From contig CAVWHX010000009.1 of assembly GCA_963754925.1 (NCBI GenBank), forward strand, positions 32,001 to 96,000: DNA of 64,000 bases, read 5' to 3'. The position numbers and the translations under genes are program-made. Below, in pieces: positions 54,678-64,000 of the stretch (its first letter is position 1; each line of letters begins with the position of its first letter). Under the pieces are notes generated by a model, which had not been told where the DNA came from, did not search any database, and was given only the letters and a program-made list of their open reading frames with translations. The stretch comes from an uncultured delta proteobacterium. GTDB taxonomy: Bacteria > Myxococcota > B64-G9.

Positions 54678-54704
54678 TCAGCTTCGCTGCGGTGAGGAGA
54701 TATC

Positions 54705-56333
54705 ATGGGAACAGTTCTCGTAATCAACGGCAGTATCATCGACGGCACGGGAAAACCAGGCTTTCCCGGGCATGTGCTCATCGAGGGCGGCGCAATAAAA
54801 GACCTCTTGAGTCCAGGCGCTTCTCTCCCGCTTGTGGATGAGACCATCGATGCCAAGGGTTGTGTCGTATGTCCCGGCTTCATTGACATGCACTCCCACT
54901 CGGACTGGATCCTGCCGCTGGAAGAGAACCCAGGCATTCTCAGGCATCTCATCGAGCAAGGCATCACGAGCGTGGTGGCAGGCAACTGCGGATTATCTCC
55001 CGCCCCTTTCGGGCAGAAGATTTCCTACAAACTCCTGCAGAGTAGTCTGCTTCTGGAGAGGAAATTCGATGTTACCTGGAAATCCATGGATGAATTCCTT
55101 TCGCGTCTATCCGAGACAGGGCCGGCCGTCAATGTTGCAGAGCTTTCCGGCCACATATGCATACGACTCGCCGCCGCAGACACCCTGCGGGGCGCCCTGC
55201 CCCCTGAAGAGCTCAGGAACTGTCTGGCTGTGCTCGGGCAGTCTCTTGACGAAGGGGCCTGCGGCCTGAGTTTCGGGCTCGGCTATGAACCCGGCATGTA
55301 TTCTCCCCTCGATGAGATCGAGGCATTCTGCAGGGTAGCTCGTCAAAAGAACAAACCCGTTACCGTACACCTGAAAGCCCTGAGTGTCATATCGCCTACC
55401 TACCCTTTGACAACTTTTAAGCCGCACAACCTTCTGGCGCTTAAGGAGATGATTGAGATCGCCCGAAAGACGGGGATAGACCTTCAGGTCTCCCACTTCA
55501 TCTTTGCGGGCAGAAGGAGTTTTTGGACCGCCGCAAGGGCCATAGAGATGGTGGAGCAGGCCCGCCGTGACGGCGTGAATATCATGATTGACGCCTTTCC
55601 GTTCATGTGCGGCAACACCACCATCACGGCGGTGCTCCCGCACTGGTTCCTGAAGAGGACCCCAAAGGCCTACCATAACCGCCTGCTCAGGCTTCGTCTC
55701 AGGGCAGAGCTCGAAACCGGATTTCGACTGATCGGCTTCACGTATAAGGACTTTCAGGTCATGGAGGCGGGCATTCAGGGGATGGAGGAACTCAACGGCC
55801 TCACCATCCCGGAGATCGCAAAAAAATGGCATACGAGCAACTTCGATACCGTGCTCAACCTCTGCGAGCAGAGCAAAGGGGCCACGCTCATGCTGTTCCA
55901 CGCTTACAGTGGGGAGCCGGGTCGCACCGAGGTGATTGAACGCGTGCTCTCAAACCGTCTATGCCTTTTCGAAACGGATGCCGTCATCAAAAGCAGGGGA
56001 TACCCCAACCCGTCAGCCCGAGGAGCCTTCCCCTATATCCTGGGACCCCTGGTGCGGGATCGTAAACTATTCAATCTGGAAGACGCAATCCATCGTTCAA
56101 CCTACGCAAGCGCACAGCGCTTCCATATCGCGGACCGGGGGCTTTTGCAGGCGGGCAAGGCGGCAGACCTCGTGGTCTTCGACCCGATTGGCATCTGCGA
56201 TACCCCGCCCGTCGGCCAGCAAGCCGCGGGCAAGCCAAAGGGCATCATTCATGTATTCATCAACGGACGGCAGGTGATAAAAGATGGATCGCTGACCGGG
56301 GATCAGAGGGCCGGCAAAGTATTGAGGTTGTAA
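54705..56333 (+). CDS. N-acyl-D-amino-acid deacylase-like amidohydrolase
   Basis: PGFIDMHSHSD, GITSVVAGNCG, GLGYEPG, DRGLL..GKAADLVVFDP. Confidence 0.85.
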   Translation: MGTVLVINGSIIDGTGKPGFPGHVLIEGGAIKDLLSPGASLPLVDETIDAKGCVVCPGFIDMHSHSDWILPLEENPGILRHLIEQGITSVVAGNCGLSPAPFGQKISYKLLQSSLLLERKFDVTWKSMDEFLSRLSETGPAVNVAELSGHICIRLAAADTLRGALPPEELRNCLAVLGQSLDEGACGLSFGLGYEPGMYSPLDEIEAFCRVARQKNKPVTVHLKALSVISPTYPLTTFKPHNLLALKEMIEIARKTGIDLQVSHFIFAGRRSFWTAARAIEMVEQARRDGVNIMIDAFPFMCGNTTITAVLPHWFLKRTPKAYHNRLLRLRLRAELETGFRLIGFTYKDFQVMEAGIQGMEELNGLTIPEIAKKWHTSNFDTVLNLCEQSKGATLMLFHAYSGEPGRTEVIERVLSNRLCLFETDAVIKSRGYPNPSARGAFPYILGPLVRDRKLFNLEDAIHRSTYASAQRFHIADRGLLQAGKAADLVVFDPIGICDTPPVGQQAAGKPKGIIHVFINGRQVIKDGSLTGDQRAGKVLRL

Positions 56334-56388
56334 CGCCTCATCCCCCCGATGGATGTGTTGAGAGTGCATCCTAGGAGAGTCGGCGCCG

Positions 56389-57886
56389 TTACTCGACCGA
56401 ACCGCTCGTACAGGTCGCGCCCCGCGACTGCCCAATTTGATCCGTGGCGGGACAGTCGCTGCCGGCCCCGCGCGCCGGGCTGGTCGACGCCGGGAGCATC
56501 GTCTCGGTGGGGCCCCCGTTGTTGCCCAAGGGACCGAGGAGCGGATCGGCCACCGTGATGTCCGCGGTGCAGGGGGCCGCGCCTGTCCACTGGAGGTTGC
56601 CGCCTCCCTCCCCGAGCTCGTTGTCGCAGCTCGGTCCCCACGTGCCGGTGTTGCCCGAGACGAGGGAGTTCTTCAGGACGAGCCCGGTGTGGCCGCCGAA
56701 GACGGCGCCGGCGCCGGCATTATAGTCACCGGGGTACTGACCGTCGGCGTGGTTGTTGGCGATGGTGCAGTTGAGGAGCTCGCCGGGCGGGTTGTAGCTC
56801 AGCCAAAGTCCGCCGCCGTTGCTCCCGGTGGCGACGTTTTCGGCGACGGTCACGTTGGTCATCTGGACCTGGGCCTTGCTGATCCAGAATCCCTCCGTTG
56901 TACCAGGCCCGGTTACGCGAGATGGTGCTCGCCTCCAGGTTCATGTCGAGCCCCTGGAGGTAGAGGCCGCCCGCGTCCCCTTCGCCGGCCGCGGTGACTT
57001 GGTTCGCATCGACGGTGGTCTGGTCCATCGTGAAGGTGCCGGAGTTGTCGTTTGAGACCCTAAAAAACCCGCCACCTACCGCCCCCGCCGTGTTATTGGC
57101 GATGGTCACGCCGCAGAGAGCGGTCCGCTCGTCCGCCCCGTCCATGTAGATCGCGCCGCCGCAGCCGCCGTTTCCCGGATTGCCGCCGGTGCCTGTGGCC
57201 GCGTTCTGGGTGAAGGTGCTGTTGACGACTATCAGATCGCCGTTGAGGCTGCCGATGGCGCCGCCGTTACTGGCCTCATTCCCCTGGAAGGTGCTGCCGA
57301 CGACGATCGTGTCGCCGCCGCCGAAGGCGTAGATCGCTCCGCCCGCGATGTCCTGTCCGGGCGACGGGGCCTGGTTGTCGAGGAAGACCGAATTGATGAC
57401 CGTCAGGCTGCCGCCGTTCCGATAGATAGCGCCGCCGCCCTGGGTCGTGTCATCGCCGCCCGGGGGGCTGCTGCCATCGCTGAAGGTGAGCCGCTGCACC
57501 GAAAGCCGCGGCGTGGTCTGGTCGTAGCCGGAGTCTAGGTAGAGAATGCGCGAGGTCCCGCCGCCGCTCAGGGTGACCGTGCCGCCGCCGTCGAGGACCG
57601 TCTCCTTCTTGAATATGATGGGTGAGGTCACGGTGATCGTGACCGGTGAAGCGCCGCAGTTGAAGACGATAGTTCCCCCGGCGTCCGCCGCGGTCTGGAG
57701 GAACGCCTGGGTGCAGGTCTCAGCCGTGCCGGAACCCACTACCGACGTCGGGGCCGACACGTCATAGGGGCCTACCGGCGCTTCGCAGGTAGTAGGCGGA
57801 GGGTTGCCGCTGAACTTGGTGTGGTTTCCAGATGAGCAGGAGCAGGTTACGAGGAGCACCGCAGTCAGTAAGAGGCACGAGCGCAT
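56389..57886 (-). CDS. Secreted, probably lipoprotein, right-handed beta-helix protein (GGAI repeats, choice-of-anchor-Q-like tail); frameshift ~56890
   Basis: Cys-containing signal; GGAIY / F..N repeats; DPLLGPLGNNGGPTET...SPA...DQ.G. Confidence 0.8.
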
Positions 57887-57999
57887 ACGACCTCCGACGT
57901 GATTAACCATATGCTCCTATTTTAGCACCTTAATCAGACTCGATCATCAGTGAAATTCTAACGTTTCCCGATGACACCGGTCGAGAGGCGATTTGCTAT

Positions 58000-58036
58000 C
58001 CTTGAAATTCCTCCTTGACATGGGGGAATTTCAAGG
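58000..58036. repeat. 15-bp-arm palindrome enclosing TTGACA
   Basis: CCTTGAAATTCCTCC-TTGACAT-GGGGGAATTTCAAGG. Confidence 0.75.
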
Positions 58037-58615
58037 TTTGTTCCGTTCGATTCGATCAATTACTTTGACCTCGAAGACCCTTCAAATCTGGCCCGTCTTG
58101 ATGAACCCATGACCGCCTTGCAGAACCTTAAAGGGCTGGTGGTGATTGATGAGATCCAGCGACGCCCGGAGCTTTTCCCTATTCTGAGAGTCCTGGCGGA
58201 TCGCGTTCCGCTGCCCGCGCGTTTTCTCATTTTAGGGAGCGCATCGCCGGCATTACTGCGTCAATCATCCGAATCGCTGGCGGGACGGCAAGAAACCATC
58301 TGCATCGGCGGCTTGATGCTCAACGATGTTGGGATACGACATCACGATCGACATTGGCTGCGCGGAGGGTTGCCGCTCTCTGGGGCAACCCATGCCGGCG
58401 CCGAACTGGATATATTGCTTATAAAGGGACGTCGTCGTATCGGGGTAGAAATCAAGCGGGCGGACGCGCCGGGCTTGACGCCCTCCATGAAGGTGGCGAT
58501 GAGCGACCTAAGTTTACAAAAACTGTTTGTCATATATCCCGGTACAAAACGTTATTCACTTGCCCGGGATATTGAAGTTCTTCCGATGGCTCAGTTGTTG
58601 GATGCTTTGAAATGA
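58037..58615 (+). pseudogene. AAA_14/DUF4143 ATPase remnant (Walker A region and middle deleted)
   Basis: YFDLED, VVIDEIQ and [12 protein letters not shown] are present. WLRGGLP jumps directly to [13 protein letters not shown]. Confidence 0.75.
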
Positions 58616-58874
58616 TGAAGACTGCTTAAGCCATACCCACCCAAATTCGCATCTAGAGTTCTTTTGAAACCGGATCTCCTTCCAAACATCATGATAGGCA
58701 AAAAGAAAGGAACAAAACTTGGCAGGAGTTTATGCAGAGCTTATTATTAAGAAAATAGGGCGACAGAACGACACGGGGAATGAATGGGTCATCGCACGTC
58801 TAGGATGGAGAACCAGCTACTTGTCGTGGAGCTATGCAGAAGCTACAGAATAAATTGTTAGCGTGTGATAAATT

Positions 58875-59651
58875 ATGTCTTTTGACCAGCTTAAGCATGT
58901 ATCTAGAATTTGCCATGGTGAAGGCAGCCATTTTTTGTTTGTTGAGGAATGGGATATCAAGAGGCAGTATTTGGCTGTGTACAACCAAGATATACCTAAA
59001 CTCGTTGATAAGTATAAATCGTCAAAAGAAGAGCCATATGAACTTGATCCAAAAATTACACTGGTTGACCAAGCGCCAAGGCTGCGCCTTTCTAGCTCAT
59101 GCGAAGCAGCAGCTAATTTCTTATATTCAATGGCAGAGATAGCAGCTCAGTTTGGAAATAAAGTATCGAAAGGAGATCTTCCTTCATCTTTTAATAAATT
59201 AAGAAAAAATTATGAAGATGGCGCTTTCCGAGAGCTAGGCTTAGTTGAATGGGTGGATGATTTTCAATGGTATAAAAAGGTCAGAGAATTAAGAACCGAA
59301 TGGGCTCACTTTTCAACCATATTTATAGGTAGGGATGATCGTGGAGAACCAATATTGGTTGTAAGGTCGCACAGGCGCCATTCTGATAGAGAAGAGTTCA
59401 AAGGTAAAATAGAAATAAACATTGGTGATTTAGTTGGCTGGATAAATAAAGCTATTCATACAATTGATAGCTTTGGCAATTTTCTTCTAGTGAAATATAT
59501 CGTGCCATCGCTTGATTTAAATAGAGAGTTTATTTCCCCTGTTTATGACAAGAATGGGTTTCCAATTATTAAACTAGATAATAGGTTTGAAGTGGAGACC
59601 ATTACAGTTGAAGAACATTTGCGAAGATGCGGTATTACAATTCCACGCTAA
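58875..59651 (+). CDS. Cassette 1: hypothetical protein, possible HEPN domain
   Basis: AT-rich ORF; WYKKVRELRTEWAHF contains RX4H. Confidence 0.65.
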   Translation: MSFDQLKHVSRICHGEGSHFLFVEEWDIKRQYLAVYNQDIPKLVDKYKSSKEEPYELDPKITLVDQAPRLRLSSSCEAAANFLYSMAEIAAQFGNKVSKGDLPSSFNKLRKNYEDGAFRELGLVEWVDDFQWYKKVRELRTEWAHFSTIFIGRDDRGEPILVVRSHRRHSDREEFKGKIEINIGDLVGWINKAIHTIDSFGNFLLVKYIVPSLDLNREFISPVYDKNGFPIIKLDNRFEVETITVEEHLRRCGITIPR

Positions 59652-59721
59652 CAAGGTTATCAGCTACGCGCCTTCGGAGCCGAACGCAAGCAAGCGTGCG
59701 CCGGTTATAACGGCGTTAGGT
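59646..59721 (+). other. attC site 1
   Basis: CGCTAAC...GTTATCAGC...CCGGTTATAAC...GTTAGGT. Confidence 0.8.
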
Positions 59722-59759
59722 GGACCAAGGCAAACATCAAAGAAACCGAAGGAGGAAAT

Positions 59760-60951
59760 ATGCTTTTTAAAAAGCGGTATACAAAGAATGTGGCCAGAAT
59801 TTATCAGTCTAATGATACTGATGAACAATTTGGCTTAATTGCAATCAATGGGGACATGAAGGAAAAACTGATATCCAAATTCAAGGAAAATTATCAAATT
59901 CAAGGCAATCATATTAAAAATGGTGGTAAAACATCGGAACTTTGTATTCCTACCTTACTAGCGGGAGGTACTGGAGCACTAAGTATGGCAGCAGCTACAT
60001 CTGGTACATTATTCATGGCAACGGCAAATCCCGCCACTTTGATGGCTATTGGAAATGGAGTGGGTAGTGCTGTTATGGGTGCTGGGGGCATTCTTGCGCA
60101 AGCTCCATTTATATCTGTAGCCGGTGCGTTAATGCCTGTTGCTGCTCCATTACTTGCTTTTCAAGCTTTATCAACAATAATGATTCTTCAACAGTTTAAT
60201 CTGCTTTAATGAAAAGTTGGTCAGTATCGAAAAAACTATCAACCGTGTTTTGCAAAGAAATGAAGCTGCATATATTGGTGAAGCCATTTCGGCATGTTCA
60301 CGTCTCGACGGCTTAGAAAAAGAGTTTTCTGTAGCAAACAAATTTACTCAAGATATGATTATTCGATTAGCCCTAATTGAAGACAAGGTTAATCCAATAT
60401 TTGAAAGATATAAATATTTGTATGAAGCACAAGATATTAATAAAAGATTGTCAGCCGAGGATTTGGGATTTAAACAAACCGATGCATACATTTTAATTGT
60501 TTTATCAATGCTTGATCTAAGAAATGATATTCTACGAGTTAAGCTTACAATTCAAGAAAATCCTGGTGTTATAAAACAATCTGCAGAGAACTTGATTGGA
60601 AAAGTAGAGCGTTACCGAAAACTATGGATGGATATTGAAGAAAGCCCCAAAAGAGTCGCGGAAGTTTCACAATCTATTAGAGATGCTGTTTCAGATATGA
60701 GATTTTGGAAAAAAAATATGCCTGGTTGGTTAGGCGGAAATCGTAAAGGCCGAAAAGAAATGCAAAAGCAAGCATCAGCTTTATCTACAAATAATTCCGT
60801 TGAAAAGGTGTCTAGTATAGTTGATAGTGCGAAATCTGCCATTGAAGTTGGAAATTCACTATTGTCAAATGCAAAACCGGTTACATTACTTTATTGGGAA
60901 GATGATAATGGTAAACACTCATATTATACAGATGATGTTTTAATTCAATAA
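59760..60951 (+). CDS. Cassette 2: hypothetical membrane-associated protein (extra T at ~60206 splits it)
   Basis: Gly/Ala hydrophobic region then helical/coiled-coil region; removing one T gives QQFNLLNEKLVSIEK. Confidence 0.65.
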
Positions 60952-60954
60952 TTC

Positions 60955-61019
60955 ACCTAACAACGAGTTCAAACTGATTTGCAGGACAAGCCTGCAAACA
61001 GGTTAACTCAATGCTGGCC
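60955..61019 (+). other. attC site 2 (degenerate R')
   Basis: ACCTAAC-aac-GAGTTCAAACTG-TTTGCAGG..CCTGCAAA-CAGGTTAACTC-aat-GCTGGCC. Confidence 0.75.
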
Positions 61020-61042
61020 AACCAAAATTCATAGGTTCGACC

Positions 61043-61972
61043 ATGCCCAAACAACTATCTCCAGCAGCAGTGATGGCCTTAAAGGAAGCGCTCTGTTCGG
61101 TCTACTGGTACAAGTCTGACCTTCGAAGCTTCCTGGAACTGTGCCTGGCAGATCCATCGATACTCTCGCGATTTGATTGGAGTAACTACAAGCGGCAAAT
61201 CGTGTCGGACTTGATAGACGTTTTGGTTAAAAGCCCAGAAAAGCACATCGGTGACATAACGAAGATTTGCTATGAGCTTTGCAAAATCACAGACTACAAC
61301 CACCTAAAGCAATTAGATGACGGAGATACAAAGGCAGAGCGAGCTCGCGCTGCTGTAAACCAGCTAAAGCAGCTGGTAGAACCCCACCAAGATTTCGAGA
61401 AGGAGCAAGAAGAGATTAGAAAGCGGCAGGAGATCGCCGCGAAGAAATTGAAAGAGAATCTGGCAGTTAGAAATAAGCTCGAAGAAATCAGGACTCGCTA
61501 TCTTGGTCTTTTCGAGGCTGCTAACCCACAAAGCCGTGGTTACGAGCTTGAGAAAATCATGTACGATCTATTCGAGCTGTTTGATTTAGATCCCAAGGCG
61601 TCATTCAAGAACACTGGCGAACAGATTGATGGAGCCTTCAAGCTTGAAGGAACAGAGTACTTATTCGAAGCAAAGTGGCAGAAAGAGATGGTTGATAAAG
61701 CCGACCTGTCAATATTCTCTGACAAGGTTCGAACAAAACTAGAAAACACGTTGGGGGTGTTCCTTTCGATCAATGGCTACTCGCAAGAAGGCGTTACAGC
61801 TCATCAAGCTGGAGGATCAGCCATCATACTGATGGATGGAGGCGATTTGATGGCCGTCTTTGATGAGCGGATTGATTTCGTGAGCTTACTGCTGCGTAAA
61901 AAGCGGCATGCCGCTCAAACAGGTAATATCTATCTCACTTATTTTCAAATTGCTGGATCTGAGAATGGCTAA
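61043..61972 (+). CDS. Cassette 3: Mrr-like PD-(D/E)xK restriction endonuclease
   Basis: RGYELE, EQIDGAF, YLFEAKW, GVFLSINGY. Confidence 0.8.
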   Translation: MPKQLSPAAVMALKEALCSVYWYKSDLRSFLELCLADPSILSRFDWSNYKRQIVSDLIDVLVKSPEKHIGDITKICYELCKITDYNHLKQLDDGDTKAERARAAVNQLKQLVEPHQDFEKEQEEIRKRQEIAAKKLKENLAVRNKLEEIRTRYLGLFEAANPQSRGYELEKIMYDLFELFDLDPKASFKNTGEQIDGAFKLEGTEYLFEAKWQKEMVDKADLSIFSDKVRTKLENTLGVFLSINGYSQEGVTAHQAGGSAIILMDGGDLMAVFDERIDFVSLLLRKKRHAAQTGNIYLTYFQIAGSENG

Positions 61973-62062
61973 CCAGTCGCTCAACCGGACACTGCCTCTG
62001 CGAGACACAGTCCGATCCTTTCGCGACGCAATGGGGTCGCCGGTTAGCTTCCATCGATAGGC
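61967..62062 (+). other. attC site 3 (degenerate R')
   Basis: GGCTAAC..GCTCAACCGGAC...GCCGGTTAGC..GATAGGC. Confidence 0.75.
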
Positions 62063-62151
62063 GGAACGCATAGTAAGGAGTCAACGATGCGAGGTAGTTT
62101 GCATATCACTGAAATCTCGTTTAGACTCTCTTGGTCAATTTGAGGACAAGT

Positions 62152-62766
62152 ATGAACGACGCGCAAATCCGACATGCCTTTCACCGAAGGCTTCTCCGAA
62201 GACACCATGCCCAGACGGCGACTCGCGTAATTGACGAATTTGGTCTCCAACATGGCAGATCGCGAGCAGATATCGTTGTTATAAATGAGACTCTCTCAGG
62301 TTACGAAATAAAGAGCGATCAAGACTCTCTGGAAAGATTGAGGTCACAGATCGAAAGCTATAATGCCGTATTCGACCGAGTTTATATCATTGTTGCGACT
62401 CGTCACCTCCTTCGCGCGGTTGCACTAATCCCTCCATGGTGGGGCGTCATATCCGTCACTAAAGGCCCGCGAGGGGGTACTCGATTCGAACGCGTGCGTC
62501 CCTCCAAACCCAACGTCAGCGTCAACGATTACGCAGTTGCCCAGCTCTTATGGCGGGATGAAGCAATTGAATTGCTAAGTAGCTTTGGCGCAAGAGGCAC
62601 CCGACTCAGGGAGCCCAGATCCAGTCTCTACAGGTATCTTGTCGAGATGCTCGATTCCCACGACCTGCGTCGAGCCGTTAGAACCTATCTCAAACAACGC
62701 CCAGCGCGACCACATCTTGCGCCACCATCTCCAAATGGTGGTTCGTCCCAACCCATCGCCACGTAG
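62152..62766 (+). CDS. sce7726-family protein (PD-(D/E)xK-like)
   Basis: IDEFGL..G.SRADIVVIN..L.GYEIKSDQDSLERL..Q...Y..VFD. Confidence 0.85.
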   Translation: MNDAQIRHAFHRRLLRRHHAQTATRVIDEFGLQHGRSRADIVVINETLSGYEIKSDQDSLERLRSQIESYNAVFDRVYIIVATRHLLRAVALIPPWWGVISVTKGPRGGTRFERVRPSKPNVSVNDYAVAQLLWRDEAIELLSSFGARGTRLREPRSSLYRYLVEMLDSHDLRRAVRTYLKQRPARPHLAPPSPNGGSSQPIAT

Positions 62767-63780
62767 TCAGATTGCCGGTCGAAGCTTGACCTTGCGAGCA
62801 TTTATAGATGTACTCGTCTCCTTTTGAAAACTTCCACCCGCGGTAGTACTTTTTTGCTCCTACAACCATGCTACACAAATCGCGGTATTGGTCGAACCCA
62901 TTATCACGGACGTTCTTTCCCTTTACTAAAAGCCACCCGTCATCAACTGTATACCTTATGCTTGCAGATGGTTTCACTATTCTCATATCTATAGTGGGAA
63001 CTTCGGGGTGGTTAATCGCATAGTCACCAAAACATGGGACCCGAACACCTAACTGTGCTAGCCGACTCGCAAGCATCTTGTACATACTCCACTCACTTCT
63101 AGGAATAATTGAAGCCCCAAGTCCAACAATTGCCATCGTGGATGGAAACGATGTCCCGATCAACACCAACCTTCGCCAACGATCCAAGTTAGGAAAAACC
63201 CTAATAATCTCCTCCAGGATATTAACAAACCCGTCCATCGGATCAAAATTCGGTGCTTCTAAGTCAAGGATTAGATCACAATCCTCTGGTTTCAGGCCGT
63301 AGCCCTCAATCAGATCCTTTACCAAGCCTAAAAAGCCTTTATTTGCCGTCTCATCGATACGTAACCTAAGAGCCAATCCACGCCCGTCCGCCCCAACAAT
63401 CCTCCTAATAGACATCTGCATCCCTGGCGGTTCTACTAGCCTAACAACCGGGATAGCAAGTGCCTTTTTAGCTTTAAGTCATCAAATACGAATGTCAGCG
63501 CATCCTCGCCTTTGAGCATACGATTCGATGCTCCCACGAGCCGCAAGTCAACAAGGCACTCATCTCTTCCCCACTTCTCACTGACTCGTTGGGCAAATGG
63601 GCTAAGATGCTCATCGATTGTTTTAGATTGCTTCTGTTTCTCAAAATCGAAACCGATTTCAGCAACCTCGATCAGAGGCAGTATGCTTTGCCGCGCACCA
63701 GCTGAAAGGTGTTTCAGGGCTTGATATTCGCCCTGTTTCCAGCGAAGGCAAGGAACGTATGGCATCCTATTAACTTCCAC
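62690..63780 (-). CDS. Beta-family (sce7725-like) protein; frameshift ~63465
   Basis: YVPCLRWKQGEYQAL, GTSFP, FGDYAI.HP, SASIRYT, S.GDEYI, GN.TTWR..GTNHH. Confidence 0.8.
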
Positions 63781-63797
63781 CGACAACCTCCTTACTC

Positions 63798-63998
63798 TCA
63801 GATGCCAAACGACGCTTCCGGGAAATGTTTTCGCACTTCACCTTGCCCCACCAAGTCATTTAGAATGACGTAATTCCTGGCCTCATACCTGATTCGACCA
63901 GCCACAATTGCTGAGCTTATACCTAGCTGTTCCGCCAGCATCTTCACCGATTGCGGTGACCGCACGTATCGCGCAAGTGCACGGCTCCATATCGCAGC
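63798..63998 (-). CDS. 3' end of a HigA-like HTH + ImmA/IrrE (M78) protein (partial, not in ORF track)
   Basis: ...LAEQLGISSAIVAGRIRYEARNYVILNDLVGQGEVRKHF*, open to the window edge. Confidence 0.6.
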   Translation of the reverse strand, partial: AAIWSRALARYVRSPQSVKMLAEQLGISSAIVAGRIRYEARNYVILNDLVGQGEVRKHFPEASFGI

Positions 63999-64000
63999 TG

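Larger units (their letters stand above)
58857..62062 (+). mobile_element. Integron-type gene cassette array (3 cassettes; no intI in the window)
   Basis: Each gene ends at an RYYYAAC-type site followed by an imperfect palindrome; cassette starts are complementary to their own R'' ends. Confidence 0.8.

Noticed and set aside
58616..58860. Integron integrase or a definite attI site
   Set aside because: No tyrosine recombinase ORF; only a lone GTTAGCG core is visible.
1..64000. CRISPR array, rRNA or tRNA genes
   Set aside because: No repeat-spacer periodicity or rRNA-like tract was seen. The 48860-48937 element starts like a tRNA (GGCCCCGUGGUGUA) but lacks a T-loop and cloverleaf.

Overview
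Bacterial DNA of moderately high GC, probably from a Myxococcota/deltaproteobacterial genome. The taxonomic hints are a MYXO-CTERM-like tail, myxobacterial-type Cys-rich repeats and lipoproteins. Many single-base frameshifts, often at homopolymers, suggest an imperfectly polished long-read assembly. Positions ~1.5-44 kb form a phosphate-starvation island. It holds pstSCAB, a PhoU-ArsC fusion, phoBR plus an orphan phoB paralog, and two secreted metallophosphoesterases. It also holds an acyltransferase with a PHP-GT4 fusion, and an operon encoding TpsB, DUF2341-ExbB, ExbD, a TonB-like protein, a porin and a ~3570-aa FHA-like protein. At least eight promoters there share 11-bp-periodic Pho-box half-sites at a fixed distance from a -10 hexamer. 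Positions 44-58 kb are mosaic accessory DNA: a B12 radical SAM gene with TetR, HtrA, an SDR, a candidate ECF-sigma-driven hairpin sRNA, an activase fused to a glycyl radical enzyme, a diguanylate cyclase, a 267-bp MITE, an amidohydrolase and a beta-helix protein. Positions 58.8-64 kb hold an integron-type cassette array (three attC sites, no integrase in the window) with putative defence genes, followed by an ImmA/IrrE-like, beta-protein and sce7726 module. All family calls come from reading motifs by eye; no database searches were run.
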